A DNA stretch of 56,561 bases from a virus (Duplodnaviria > Caudoviricetes): the IMG/VR virus record IMGVR_UViG_3300033149_005620, positions 1 to 56,561 of that record. One strand, 5' to 3'. Positions 26,914 to 35,457 of the stretch are shown here, in pieces. The translations under genes and the position numbers were made by a program. Each line of letters starts with the position of its first letter. Positions within the stretch are counted from its first letter, which is position 1. Under the pieces are notes generated by a model that saw only the letters and a program-made list of their open reading frames with translations, did no database searches and was not told where the DNA came from.

Positions 26914-27162
26914 TTGAAAGGAGGCGTAATGGAGAAGAAGATAGGCCCTACCGGCAGATTTCCGGAGGGCAAGATTAACGAGCATGATGAGGGCGAGCTC
27001 CGGATCGGCATCCCGACCGATGGGGAAAAGGTCGTGGTCAGTTTCGGCGTGCCCGTGTTGTGGCTCGCCATGACTGGAGATCAAGCGATAGAACTGGGCG
27101 ATGCGTTGACGAAGCATGGCCGCAAGGCCAACGGCTGGGACGGAGGAATAAATGAAAATTGA
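26914..27162 (+). CDS. Hypothetical protein
   Basis: GPTGRFPEGKINEHDEGELRIGI; GGAGG RBS before MEKK. Confidence 0.65.
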   Translation: MKGGVMEKKIGPTGRFPEGKINEHDEGELRIGIPTDGEKVVVSFGVPVLWLAMTGDQAIELGDALTKHGRKANGWDGGINEN

Positions 27163-29455
27163 GTCGATCAAACTGCGCGGATTCATCGGCATCAAGAAAG
27201 GGCTGGGGCTCGACGACCTCGCCCTTGATCTGTCCAGTCTTTCCGGTCTGGTTGCTATTGCCGGGCAAAACGGCAGGGGGAAGACCTCACTCCTTGAGAA
27301 CCTCCAACCGTTTCGCGCCTTCGCATCACGCAAGAGGGCGCTGCAGCACCACGTGTTCTTGAGGGATAGCTACAGGGAGCTTTCCTTCAGGTGGAATGGC
27401 GATGTCTACCGGACCCTCCTGAAGATTGATTGTGACAGCGAGCGCCAGGAAGGGTTTATCTGGAAGAACGGGGATCCCCAGGTGAACGGCAAGGTGCGGG
27501 ACTACGATCGCTATATTGAGGGGCTCTTCGGTAGTTCTCGGCTCTTTTTCAACAGCGTGTTCTGCGCCCAGGGCGCAGAAAAAATCACGGACATGACCCC
27601 GGGGCAGCTTAAATCGTTGTTTACCGAATTCCTCCGCCTGGACCGCTACGTTGAATGGGAGCAGACCGCGAAGCAAATTGGCCAGGTCCTGAGTGGAAAG
27701 GCAAACCAGTTGCAAAAAGAGGTCCAGCACCTTGAACGCATAGTGGGCGAGATCGAAGGGCTGAGGATAAAGCTGATCACGGAAAGGCAGCGGTATGAGC
27801 AACAGAATAAGCGAACCCAGGGGCTGGCAGGTGAGTTGGAGCGCGTAAAGAATGAGCTTGACATTGCCAGCGAGACTGAGAGCAAGAACAGGGTCCTGCG
27901 CGCTAAGCTCGATGCCTACAGCGAAAGCCATGAGGCCGCCCGGAGGGACCTTGCAGCCATTGAGGGGGATGCCCGGGAGGAGATTGAAAGGTTTGGCCGG
28001 GAAATAGCTAAGCTTGAGGGGGAAATTGCGCGCTATAAGGGCATCCTTGAGGAAGGCGACAGGATCACCAGTGCGGTGAGGGAATCAGAGGAGGCCGCTG
28101 CGAGGCTAGCAGGTCTCCTAAAGGATCTGGAGGATACGAGGGCAAAAAATGATGAAGCCCAAGGTTCTATTGGCAGAGTAAAGGAGGAGCTCGCCAAAGC
28201 GAAGGCTGAAAAAGCGAGCTTGAGCGAAGCTAAGGACCTCGCAGTCCTTGAGGCCAGGCTCAAGGCAGCGAAGGAGGATTTGAAGACTTTAAATCTCCGC
28301 GACCCTGCCTGCCGGTCCACTACCTGCTCATTTATCGCCAGGTCCATAGAATCCCAAAAAGCGATTCCGGGCCTCGAACGCCAGATAGGAGAATTAAAAG
28401 CCGAGCAGGAAAAGCGGCTTGAGGCGGTGGAAAAAGACATCCGCTCCGCTACCGAAAGGTTGCGCTCCCTTGAGGGTGAGCAGGGTAAACTCGGTGAGAG
28501 CATCGCGCGGGTCAAAAAAGCGATCACAGAGCAGCAACAGATAATCAGCCGGAACAAGGCATTCGGGGATAAGGCATCCCAACTTGAGACGGCGCGTGCA
28601 GCAGTTTCCTCTACAGACGACCGGCTGTTCGCTCTGGTGAAGGATCGCCATCTGGCCAAGGAGAAATGGGATAAGAAGGTACGCGCCAAGCAGGAGGAAA
28701 TCAGGGTACTCGCAAAGATGAAAGAGGAGGTCAAAGCGGGGATAGACGAGAAAGCGGAGTCAAGGGTCGCGGAGCTGAAAGGGAAGATTGAGGCTCTGCA
28801 AGGGGAGTTCGCCCAGGGTGAAAAGGCGTGCGCCGAAACCTCCAGGAACATCGCGGTGCTTGAAAATCAGCTTCAACAGGCGGAACGGGAGAAAGAAAAG
28901 CTTGCTGCGCTACAAGGAGAAATTGGGAGGGTGAAGAACGAGGTGTCTGAGTGGGCATACCTACAGACGGCGTGCGGGGCGAATGGCCTCAGGGCGCTGG
29001 AGATTGATAGCGTCGCGCCGGCCATCAGCGCATACGCGAACGAATTGCTCAGCCAGGCTTTTGGCCCTCTGTTCACGGTGCGCCTCCGGACCCAGGACGA
29101 GGAGGGCAGGGAAGTTCTGCAAGTCCTCGTCATGCGGGAGGACGGCAGCGAGCCGCTGCTTGAGAACCTCTCAGGCGGGGAGAAAATATGGATACTAAAG
29201 GCTCTGCGCCTGGCAATGACGCTGATCAGCAAAGAAAAGAGCGGCCACAATTTCCTCACGTGTTTGGCCGACGAGGAAGATGGGGCGCTGGACGTAGAAA
29301 ACGCCTTGAACTTCATTCGCCTGTATAGAGCGTTCATGGTCTCTGGCGGGTTTGAATCATGCTTTTTCATCAGCCATAAGCCAGAGTGCGTGGCCATGGC
29401 GGATCACCAGGTGCTGTTTCAGAGCGGCGGAGTTGAGGTGAACGCAGGCGCATAG
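27152..29455 (+). CDS. sbcC: SbcC/Rad50-like SMC ATPase
   Basis: Walker A GQNGRGKTS, long coiled coils, central CRSTTC hook, LSGGE signature, Walker B/D-loop LADEEDGALD, ISH. Confidence 0.92.
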   Translation: MKIESIKLRGFIGIKKGLGLDDLALDLSSLSGLVAIAGQNGRGKTSLLENLQPFRAFASRKRALQHHVFLRDSYRELSFRWNGDVYRTLLKIDCDSERQEGFIWKNGDPQVNGKVRDYDRYIEGLFGSSRLFFNSVFCAQGAEKITDMTPGQLKSLFTEFLRLDRYVEWEQTAKQIGQVLSGKANQLQKEVQHLERIVGEIEGLRIKLITERQRYEQQNKRTQGLAGELERVKNELDIASETESKNRVLRAKLDAYSESHEAARRDLAAIEGDAREEIERFGREIAKLEGEIARYKGILEEGDRITSAVRESEEAAARLAGLLKDLEDTRAKNDEAQGSIGRVKEELAKAKAEKASLSEAKDLAVLEARLKAAKEDLKTLNLRDPACRSTTCSFIARSIESQKAIPGLERQIGELKAEQEKRLEAVEKDIRSATERLRSLEGEQGKLGESIARVKKAITEQQQIISRNKAFGDKASQLETARAAVSSTDDRLFALVKDRHLAKEKWDKKVRAKQEEIRVLAKMKEEVKAGIDEKAESRVAELKGKIEALQGEFAQGEKACAETSRNIAVLENQLQQAEREKEKLAALQGEIGRVKNEVSEWAYLQTACGANGLRALEIDSVAPAISAYANELLSQAFGPLFTVRLRTQDEEGREVLQVLVMREDGSEPLLENLSGGEKIWILKALRLAMTLISKEKSGHNFLTCLADEEDGALDVENALNFIRLYRAFMVSGGFESCFFISHKPECVAMADHQVLFQSGGVEVNAGA

Positions 29456-29482
29456 GAGGCACGACAGGGAGTATATACACGG

Positions 29483-29878
29483 GTGGCAAGGACCTATAAA
29501 ACAAGCAAGGCTGATTTTGAGTTATTTAAGAAGCATGTCGGAAAGTGGGTTGATGTTTTTGGGCTCAAATGCTGGCAACTCCACTTTACCACAGAGACGC
29601 TCGCCAACGAGCGAGCGCAAATAAGATATAACCTCATTCATCGACAGGCAATATTTGCGTTGAACACAGAATTTCGGGAATATGAAGACATTTCAATAGA
29701 CAAGGCATTAATTGAGCGAACAGCTTTTCACGAAGTCATGGAACTATTTCTTGCCCCTTTGGTGGGAATGATCGAGCAAAGGTTTGCTCTTGGGGTAGAC
29801 GATATTACAGAAGCCACTCACATGATAATTAGAACACTTGAAAATGTTGTGTGGGAAGGAGGAACTCATGTCAAATAG
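29483..29878 (+). CDS. Hypothetical protein, possible zincin-like fold
   Basis: TAFHEVMEL (HExxE). Confidence 0.55.
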   Translation: MARTYKTSKADFELFKKHVGKWVDVFGLKCWQLHFTTETLANERAQIRYNLIHRQAIFALNTEFREYEDISIDKALIERTAFHEVMELFLAPLVGMIEQRFALGVDDITEATHMIIRTLENVVWEGGTHVK

Positions 29879-30770
29879 AATATTGTGCTTTTATCACTCC
29901 GCAGATCTTGACGGGCATTGTTCAGGTGCTCTCGTCAAGATGGCATATCCTGAATGTGAATTGCACCCTATTGACTATGGTGACAAATTCCCCTGGGACC
30001 TTGTAAGGCTTGATTCACTGGCCGAGATAGGCAGAATTTTCATGGTGGATTTCTCCCTTCAGCCTTTTGAAGAGATGGTCAAGCTGCAGCAATTAACGGA
30101 TAACAAGCTCATTTGGATAGATCACCACAAGTCAGCGATAGAGGCCCATAAGGAATGGAACAACAGGCATCCCGCATATCTTTCCATTTGTGGCATCAGG
30201 GAGGTTGGTGCTGGTGCATGCGAGCTTGTTTGGAGATATTTGAGGAAGCGCCTTCATCCTCTCCTTCAGGGCTTACCGGAAGGACCGCCCCTTTTCGTTC
30301 GGTTGCTTGCAGAATACGACGTTTGGGATCACTTCGACCCGCGAACCCTGCCTTTCCAATATGGGGTTCGCCTGCATGACACAGCACCTGAAAATCAGGA
30401 CTTCTGGCGTAGCCTTTTCTACCAAAGCATATGCGAAAGAATTATCAATGAGGGCGAGGTGGTGCTCAAATACATTGAACGGGACAACAAGAAGTATGCC
30501 CAAGCTACGTGGTTCCCTGTTTATTTCAACAACCTAAAGTGCATTGCGATTAATCGGGCATTCGGCAATACCAAGCTTTTCAACTCAGTAGATACAGGCC
30601 AATATGATGCCATGATCGCGTTTGCATACCAAAAGGATAAATGGGTAGTTTACCTGTACAGCGCCAAGCCGGAGGTTGATGTTTCCGAGATAGCAAAAGA
30701 ATATGGAGGCGGCGGACACAAGGCTGCTGCTGGTTTTGTCTGTCAGGAATTACCCTTTCCGCTGAAGTAG
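29838..30770 (+). CDS. DHH/DHHA1 phosphoesterase (oligoribonuclease-like)
   Basis: YHSADLDG, MVDFS, WIDHHKS, YGGGGHKAAAGF. Confidence 0.92.
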   Translation: MKMLCGKEELMSNRILCFYHSADLDGHCSGALVKMAYPECELHPIDYGDKFPWDLVRLDSLAEIGRIFMVDFSLQPFEEMVKLQQLTDNKLIWIDHHKSAIEAHKEWNNRHPAYLSICGIREVGAGACELVWRYLRKRLHPLLQGLPEGPPLFVRLLAEYDVWDHFDPRTLPFQYGVRLHDTAPENQDFWRSLFYQSICERIINEGEVVLKYIERDNKKYAQATWFPVYFNNLKCIAINRAFGNTKLFNSVDTGQYDAMIAFAYQKDKWVVYLYSAKPEVDVSEIAKEYGGGGHKAAAGFVCQELPFPLK

Positions 30771-30779
30771 GGAGGGGGT

Positions 30780-30971
30780 ATGCCCAAGGAGATGATTGTC
30801 ATTTATGATGGTCAGCTCTGTGATACCGGCAGGGCGCGGCTCTTTAGGTTTGGTGATGACGAAGCATGGATCCCCGAAAGCCAAATACTCTGGGAGGATC
30901 GGACAGCGAACGAGTTGCTGTTACCAGAATGGCTCGTCATTGAGAAGGGACTGGAGGGATATGCGAAATAA
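30780..30971 (+). CDS. Small hypothetical protein
   Basis: EAWIPESQI...LPEWLVIEKGL; GGGAGG RBS. Confidence 0.65.
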   Translation: MPKEMIVIYDGQLCDTGRARLFRFGDDEAWIPESQILWEDRTANELLLPEWLVIEKGLEGYAK

Positions 30972-31227
30972 GTTAGGTAGGTGGAAGCGAATGGAAGATG
31001 AGATCTATAGTGTCAAAGAGGTAGCAAAGTTCCTCCGGGTACATGAGCTCACGGTATATGCGCTGATCCATAGGGCTGCCCTTCCATCGCGGAGGTTGGG
31101 CGGCAAACATCTGATTTCCGGTAAGGCCCTAGCAAAATGGCTAGAGAACGGTGGAGAGATCTCCAAGGTCTCGTGTCTAAGAAGAAGTAGGTTTGGAGAT
31201 GATACTTGTAAGGGACGTAAAAATTGA
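30961..31227 (+). CDS. Excisionase-like HTH protein
   Basis: YSVKEVAKFLRVHELTVYALIHRAALPSRRLGG. Confidence 0.78.
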   Translation: MRNKLGRWKRMEDEIYSVKEVAKFLRVHELTVYALIHRAALPSRRLGGKHLISGKALAKWLENGGEISKVSCLRRSRFGDDTCKGRKN

Positions 31228-31567
31228 AAAGGTAAAACCTAATGATTTCCAGCCTATTGCTCGCTATGGCCCAGAATATTTGTTGGCACACGGTTTATTT
31301 GAACCGAATAAAGAGATTGTAATAACCAGAGAAATGGTTAAGGGGAAAAGGTTCCGTAATTTCTATGGCCTTGATGTGGTAATAGGGTGGGATCAAGCTA
31401 CCCAGACAGCGCTTGGCTTGCCCTTTGCAGTTTTCGAAGCCCAAGAGAAGAGGCGTGAAAGTGATTATCGCGAGAATGCTCGATTAAGAAAGAAGATCAG
31501 AGAACTGGAAAATATGACATTACTCCAGTTTATAAAGAAAAAGATAATAACTGCTTTAAGAGGTTAA
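31193..31567 (+). CDS. Hypothetical protein
   Basis: AT-rich ORF with a C-terminal coiled coil. Confidence 0.5.
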   Translation: MEMILVRDVKIEKVKPNDFQPIARYGPEYLLAHGLFEPNKEIVITREMVKGKRFRNFYGLDVVIGWDQATQTALGLPFAVFEAQEKRRESDYRENARLRKKIRELENMTLLQFIKKKIITALRG

Positions 31568-31745
31568 CCAACCAATGAAAGCAATAAGCTTATGGCACCC
31601 TATTCATCCAACGATGACAGGGATCCCTATGAGATCCTGGCGGAGCCTCCCAAGAATAGCTATGACTTGGCTAAAGACCAAGAACGTGAGCTGATAGAGG
31701 CCATAGGCATTGAATTGTACGAATACCTGGAGAAACTGACTGAGG

Positions 31746-33404
31746 ATGCAGAAGCGAAAGCACCAAGCAGAGTTTGATTGCGTGATGGAGCGCATTATTA
31801 GCGGGGATCCCATTCACACGATTACGCTTCATGTGGTCCCTGGGGGAGGGAAGTCGGCCATTCCAATCATTGCCGGTCGGCTGATCACCGCAGGGTTGGC
31901 CGATCGGCTCTGCTGGGTGGTGCCGCGCAAATCGCTCCAGGACCAGGGAGAACGCAATTTCCTTGATCCGTTCTTTCGCCGTATGTTTGACCACCAGTTG
32001 ACCATCCGATCGTCTACGAATGAAACGGATCCGTGCCGAGGGCAGAGCGGCTTTATCACCACATACCAAGCATTGGGGGTAGACCATGATCGGACGGTAT
32101 ACCGAGAGTTTCTCCGAAGGCGATATATCCTCATTCTCGATGAGTTCCACCACTGCGAGTACGGCGGTGCTTGGGCTGGCTGCCTACGTGATATTGTGCG
32201 ACTTGCCGAATACCGAATCCTTATGTCTGGTACCCTTGAGCGTGGAGATAATGCCCGCATTGCATTTATCCCCTACATTGAAGAAGAGCCAGGAATATTT
32301 CGACCCGCCCCTGCCCAGGGAGAGGAGTCCGCCTTTATTCGATATTCCCGGAGCGCCGCATTGATGGAGCAAGCAATCATTCCTTTGCGCTTTTACCTAT
32401 CGGACGGTTACGTGGAATGGGAAACGAAACAGGGCGTGCGGCGGTCCGGGAAACTGTCCAAGATGAACGAGGAGGCCTCGGCAGCCCTTTTTACCGCCTT
32501 GAGCACCCAATTTGCAGAGCAAATCCTGAAAAGAGGCCTCGAACATTGGTCCCGCCATAAAGAACGCAGCACAATATCAAAGCTTCTTGTCGTCACAGCC
32601 AACTACTCGCATGCCAAGCACTTTGCTGGGTTGCTCAAGGCGATGGGCTATAAGGCGAAAATAGCAACGTCTCATGACAGCCCGGTGGCCCTGAAGAACA
32701 TAAAGGAGTTTAGATTCGGGGGGCTGGATATTTTGGTGACCATAGCAATGGCCTATGAGGGGCTCGATGTCCCGCAGATCTCGCACATTATATGCCTCAC
32801 GCACATCCGGACGCTCCCCTGGATAGAGCAGATGATCTCCAGGGCGGTCCGCATTGATCCCAGCGCTGGACCCTATGAAAGCCAGGTTGCCTACGTTTTC
32901 GCGCCGGACGACCCCCTATTTTCCGAGGTGGTTGAGGCTATTCGTCAAGAGCAGGTGCCCATAGTCGGTGACGTAGAAAGGGCGCCCAACAAGGCTGCAG
33001 GAGATAGTCGGGAGCCAGAAAGAGAGCCCTGGATTACTCCTTTGGGCGGAGAAATTACCGGGTCGCGCGAGATCTCCATGTATGGGGCAGCCTCGGATGC
33101 AGGGAGGCCCTCGCAAACGATTACGGTAAAAGATATGGAGGAGGAGCTCCTTGCCCGGATAAGCCGCCACATTGCCAGGTTCAGCTTCGAGAATCGGTAC
33201 AAGCCCCAGAGGATAAACGCCGAGGTCAAGGCGCATTTCCGTAAGGCCAGACGGAATATGACGCTGCGTGAACTTGAGGAGTGCTTGAAATTCGTTCAAT
33301 ACGCCTATCCCCTAAACGGCAGGGAGGGGCGCTCTGCTACCAGCCCGCCGAGGGGCAAAAAGCGCAGGGTGCCGACACAGGTAAGATTATGGGGCATGGA
33401 TTGA
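31746..33404 (+). CDS. Superfamily 2 (DExH) helicase
   Basis: VPGGGKS Walker A, ILDEFHH, MSGT, YEGLDVP, EQMISRAVR. Confidence 0.92.
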   Translation: MQKRKHQAEFDCVMERIISGDPIHTITLHVVPGGGKSAIPIIAGRLITAGLADRLCWVVPRKSLQDQGERNFLDPFFRRMFDHQLTIRSSTNETDPCRGQSGFITTYQALGVDHDRTVYREFLRRRYILILDEFHHCEYGGAWAGCLRDIVRLAEYRILMSGTLERGDNARIAFIPYIEEEPGIFRPAPAQGEESAFIRYSRSAALMEQAIIPLRFYLSDGYVEWETKQGVRRSGKLSKMNEEASAALFTALSTQFAEQILKRGLEHWSRHKERSTISKLLVVTANYSHAKHFAGLLKAMGYKAKIATSHDSPVALKNIKEFRFGGLDILVTIAMAYEGLDVPQISHIICLTHIRTLPWIEQMISRAVRIDPSAGPYESQVAYVFAPDDPLFSEVVEAIRQEQVPIVGDVERAPNKAAGDSREPEREPWITPLGGEITGSREISMYGAASDAGRPSQTITVKDMEEELLARISRHIARFSFENRYKPQRINAEVKAHFRKARRNMTLRELEECLKFVQYAYPLNGREGRSATSPPRGKKRRVPTQVRLWGMD

Positions 33405-33472
33405 GCTGAGATATGACCTCGTGAGGGCAGCCCAAAAATACTTAGACGGTTGAGCTTAGAAGGGAGAAAGGA

Positions 33473-33715
33473 ATGAACGGCGAGATTAATGAGCAAGGGC
33501 ATCTTGTTATTTACAGGCCATCCAAGCACGGTTCCCGTGCGATGGAGCAACTATGCCCCCACCAAACAGAGCAATTGGTCCCATGTGGAGACTGGTGCCC
33601 GCTGTTTAGTGAGCCGGAGATTGGCACAGATCCGGATGGCAATTTGACCTCCGCCTCGATTCTCCTATGCGGTGGTCAGCGGTGGATATTCATGTCGTTC
33701 GCTGACGAACGATAA
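33473..33715 (+). CDS. Cys-rich hypothetical protein
   Basis: QLCPH...CGDWCPLF; GAAAGGA RBS. Confidence 0.55.
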   Translation: MNGEINEQGHLVIYRPSKHGSRAMEQLCPHQTEQLVPCGDWCPLFSEPEIGTDPDGNLTSASILLCGGQRWIFMSFADER

Positions 33716-33945
33716 TCGGGGCATTGGAGCGGGCAAGGGCCGGAAGCCCTATAAGGCGGTCACTGAATGCCCAAGCACAAGTTGTCCCTTGCACCGATAT
33801 CGCATTGGGAAAGACCCTGGTCGAAAGAAAAAGGGTGGCAACCCGAAAGTAATTCAGGATTCCGTCTCGGCCTATCTTAGGTAGGCCAAAATTACCCCAA
33901 CTCAGTTGGCAATTTTTGAACGAGACTTGATTTTCTATGGCCTCC

Positions 33946-33974
33946 TTGACATCTACCCCTTACCAACGTAAGAT
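33946..33974 (+). promoter_or_regulatory. Sigma70 promoter of the integrase
   Basis: TTGACA(33946)-17 bp-TAAGAT(33969); implies the true start is the ATG at 34015. Confidence 0.7.
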
Positions 33975-34014
33975 CGGCCCCGTATCAGCCAAATCTGGGG
34001 TTGGGGGCGATTGC

Positions 34015-35157
34015 ATGAAAGGGGGAATCTATTCTGATGAAAAGTGCCCCTTATGCGGGGGCAGGTTTAAAGATGATGGTCGGAGGGGACTCTTCTGCCC
34101 GAACCATCCAGAGCAAAGGGCCAGCAGGCGGTTTCGGATCTACTTCAGGGGGGTCACACGGCGTTTCAGGAGCTACGAGGCCGCTCAAAAATGCCTCACT
34201 GGCCTCAGGTTCAAGGAGGATGAGGGAACGTTCGACCCCAGGGAATATCGGGCTGATAATCCCCTTGGGTTTGAAAATCTAGCCAATGAGTGGCTCCGCC
34301 TCCGAGAGGCGGAGATCAGGCCGGACGGCATCAGCCCAAACACCTATCGGGCCCTTGAAGACCATATTTGGAAGGCGATTCGAGTTTTTGGCCCTGTCAG
34401 CGTAAAACGCCTGCGCCTGAAAGACTTCCAGTTTTTTCTCACCCAGTATAACGTCAGCAATAAGAGCAAATTCAATTATATTCAGACACTTAAGCAGTTC
34501 TTCAAGTGGCTTTACGATAATGATGAGATCTCGGTAATGCCCAAGTTCCCGAAGGTCCAGTTTGAGCTTCGCCGGCGAAAGACTGTTACGAAGGCAGACC
34601 AATTCGGTATCTTGGATACGCTGAAGGGGTGGGCCCCCTACAAGACCTGGCTGGGCATCAAATGGATGACCACCTACTTTAACGTGCGGCCCGAGGAATG
34701 GCGCAATATCCGGGAAGGGGACATCAACCTGAAGGCAAGAGAGATCCTGATACGGCACCCCAAGGAGAATAGGTCCAAAATCGTGTATCTCATTGACGAA
34801 GACGTGGAGATCTTGGGGGCCCTACCCCCTTGCATAGATCCTGACGCCTATTTCTTCCGCCATAAGAATGGGAGGCAATTCGGCGAGAAACATTTTTACA
34901 AGTGGTGGAAGCGGGCCTGTGCCAAGCTCGGAATCCAGGGAGTGGACCTCTACGGGGGCACTACCCACTCAACCACCAGGGCTCTCAGAAAATACCGCAC
35001 CCCGGAGGAGATCCGCTATGGCTCGATGAGGAGCACTACCAAGGCATTTGACCGCTACTACTGGGAGGAAGGAGACGACCTCAGGGCCATCTATTCCGAT
35101 GCTAGGGGTGGCAAAAAAGTGGCAAAGAAATTTAGGCACTCCGAAAGCGATAACTAA
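34015..35157 (+). CDS. int: Tyrosine integrase with N-terminal Zn ribbon
   Basis: CPLCGG...CPNH; core-binding helices; VRPEE, HPKE, LYGGTTHS, FDRYY; adjacent attP. Confidence 0.88.
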   Translation: MKGGIYSDEKCPLCGGRFKDDGRRGLFCPNHPEQRASRRFRIYFRGVTRRFRSYEAAQKCLTGLRFKEDEGTFDPREYRADNPLGFENLANEWLRLREAEIRPDGISPNTYRALEDHIWKAIRVFGPVSVKRLRLKDFQFFLTQYNVSNKSKFNYIQTLKQFFKWLYDNDEISVMPKFPKVQFELRRRKTVTKADQFGILDTLKGWAPYKTWLGIKWMTTYFNVRPEEWRNIREGDINLKAREILIRHPKENRSKIVYLIDEDVEILGALPPCIDPDAYFFRHKNGRQFGEKHFYKWWKRACAKLGIQGVDLYGGTTHSTTRALRKYRTPEEIRYGSMRSTTKAFDRYYWEEGDDLRAIYSDARGGKKVAKKFRHSESDN

Positions 35158-35177
35158 CCGATATTATTGCAAATCGC

Positions 35178-35206
35178 TGGTCGGGACGACTGGATTTGAA
35201 CCAGCG
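35178..35206 (-). other. attP core matching the 3' end of a tRNA (probably tRNA-Pro)
   Basis: Minus strand CGCTGGTTCAAATCCAGTCGTCCCGACCA is a T-arm, acceptor strand and CCA with no 5' half. Paired 11-bp-spaced arm-like sites flank it: GTGGCAAA at 35108/35119 and GCGGCAAA/ATGGTAAA at 35241/35252. Confidence 0.85.
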
Positions 35207-35457
35207 GACTGAGTAATACTTTCAGGACCTTACCCACCTAGCGGCAAAAAGATGGTAAAACATAGCCCAACTTAATGAGGTTAAAAATCTTCCCATGAAT
35301 CTCTTTGGCGAATGGTAGACGAAAGCGCTCTGGGAAGAATGTCTTTGCTACCATCTCCGTACTAATAGAACATGATGATAGAATTTGTTCAGTTACACCA
35401 TCCATTGGGTATGCTCATCCGCTTCCATAACTGTCTTGTTTGAGTACGGTAATCGGT

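Noticed and set aside
33937-34014. Extended integrase N-terminus from the ORF track
   Set aside because: It overlaps a consensus promoter; ATG 34015 is the better start.
35178-35206. tRNA gene
   Set aside because: Only the T-arm and 3' acceptor strand are present; treated as the attP core.
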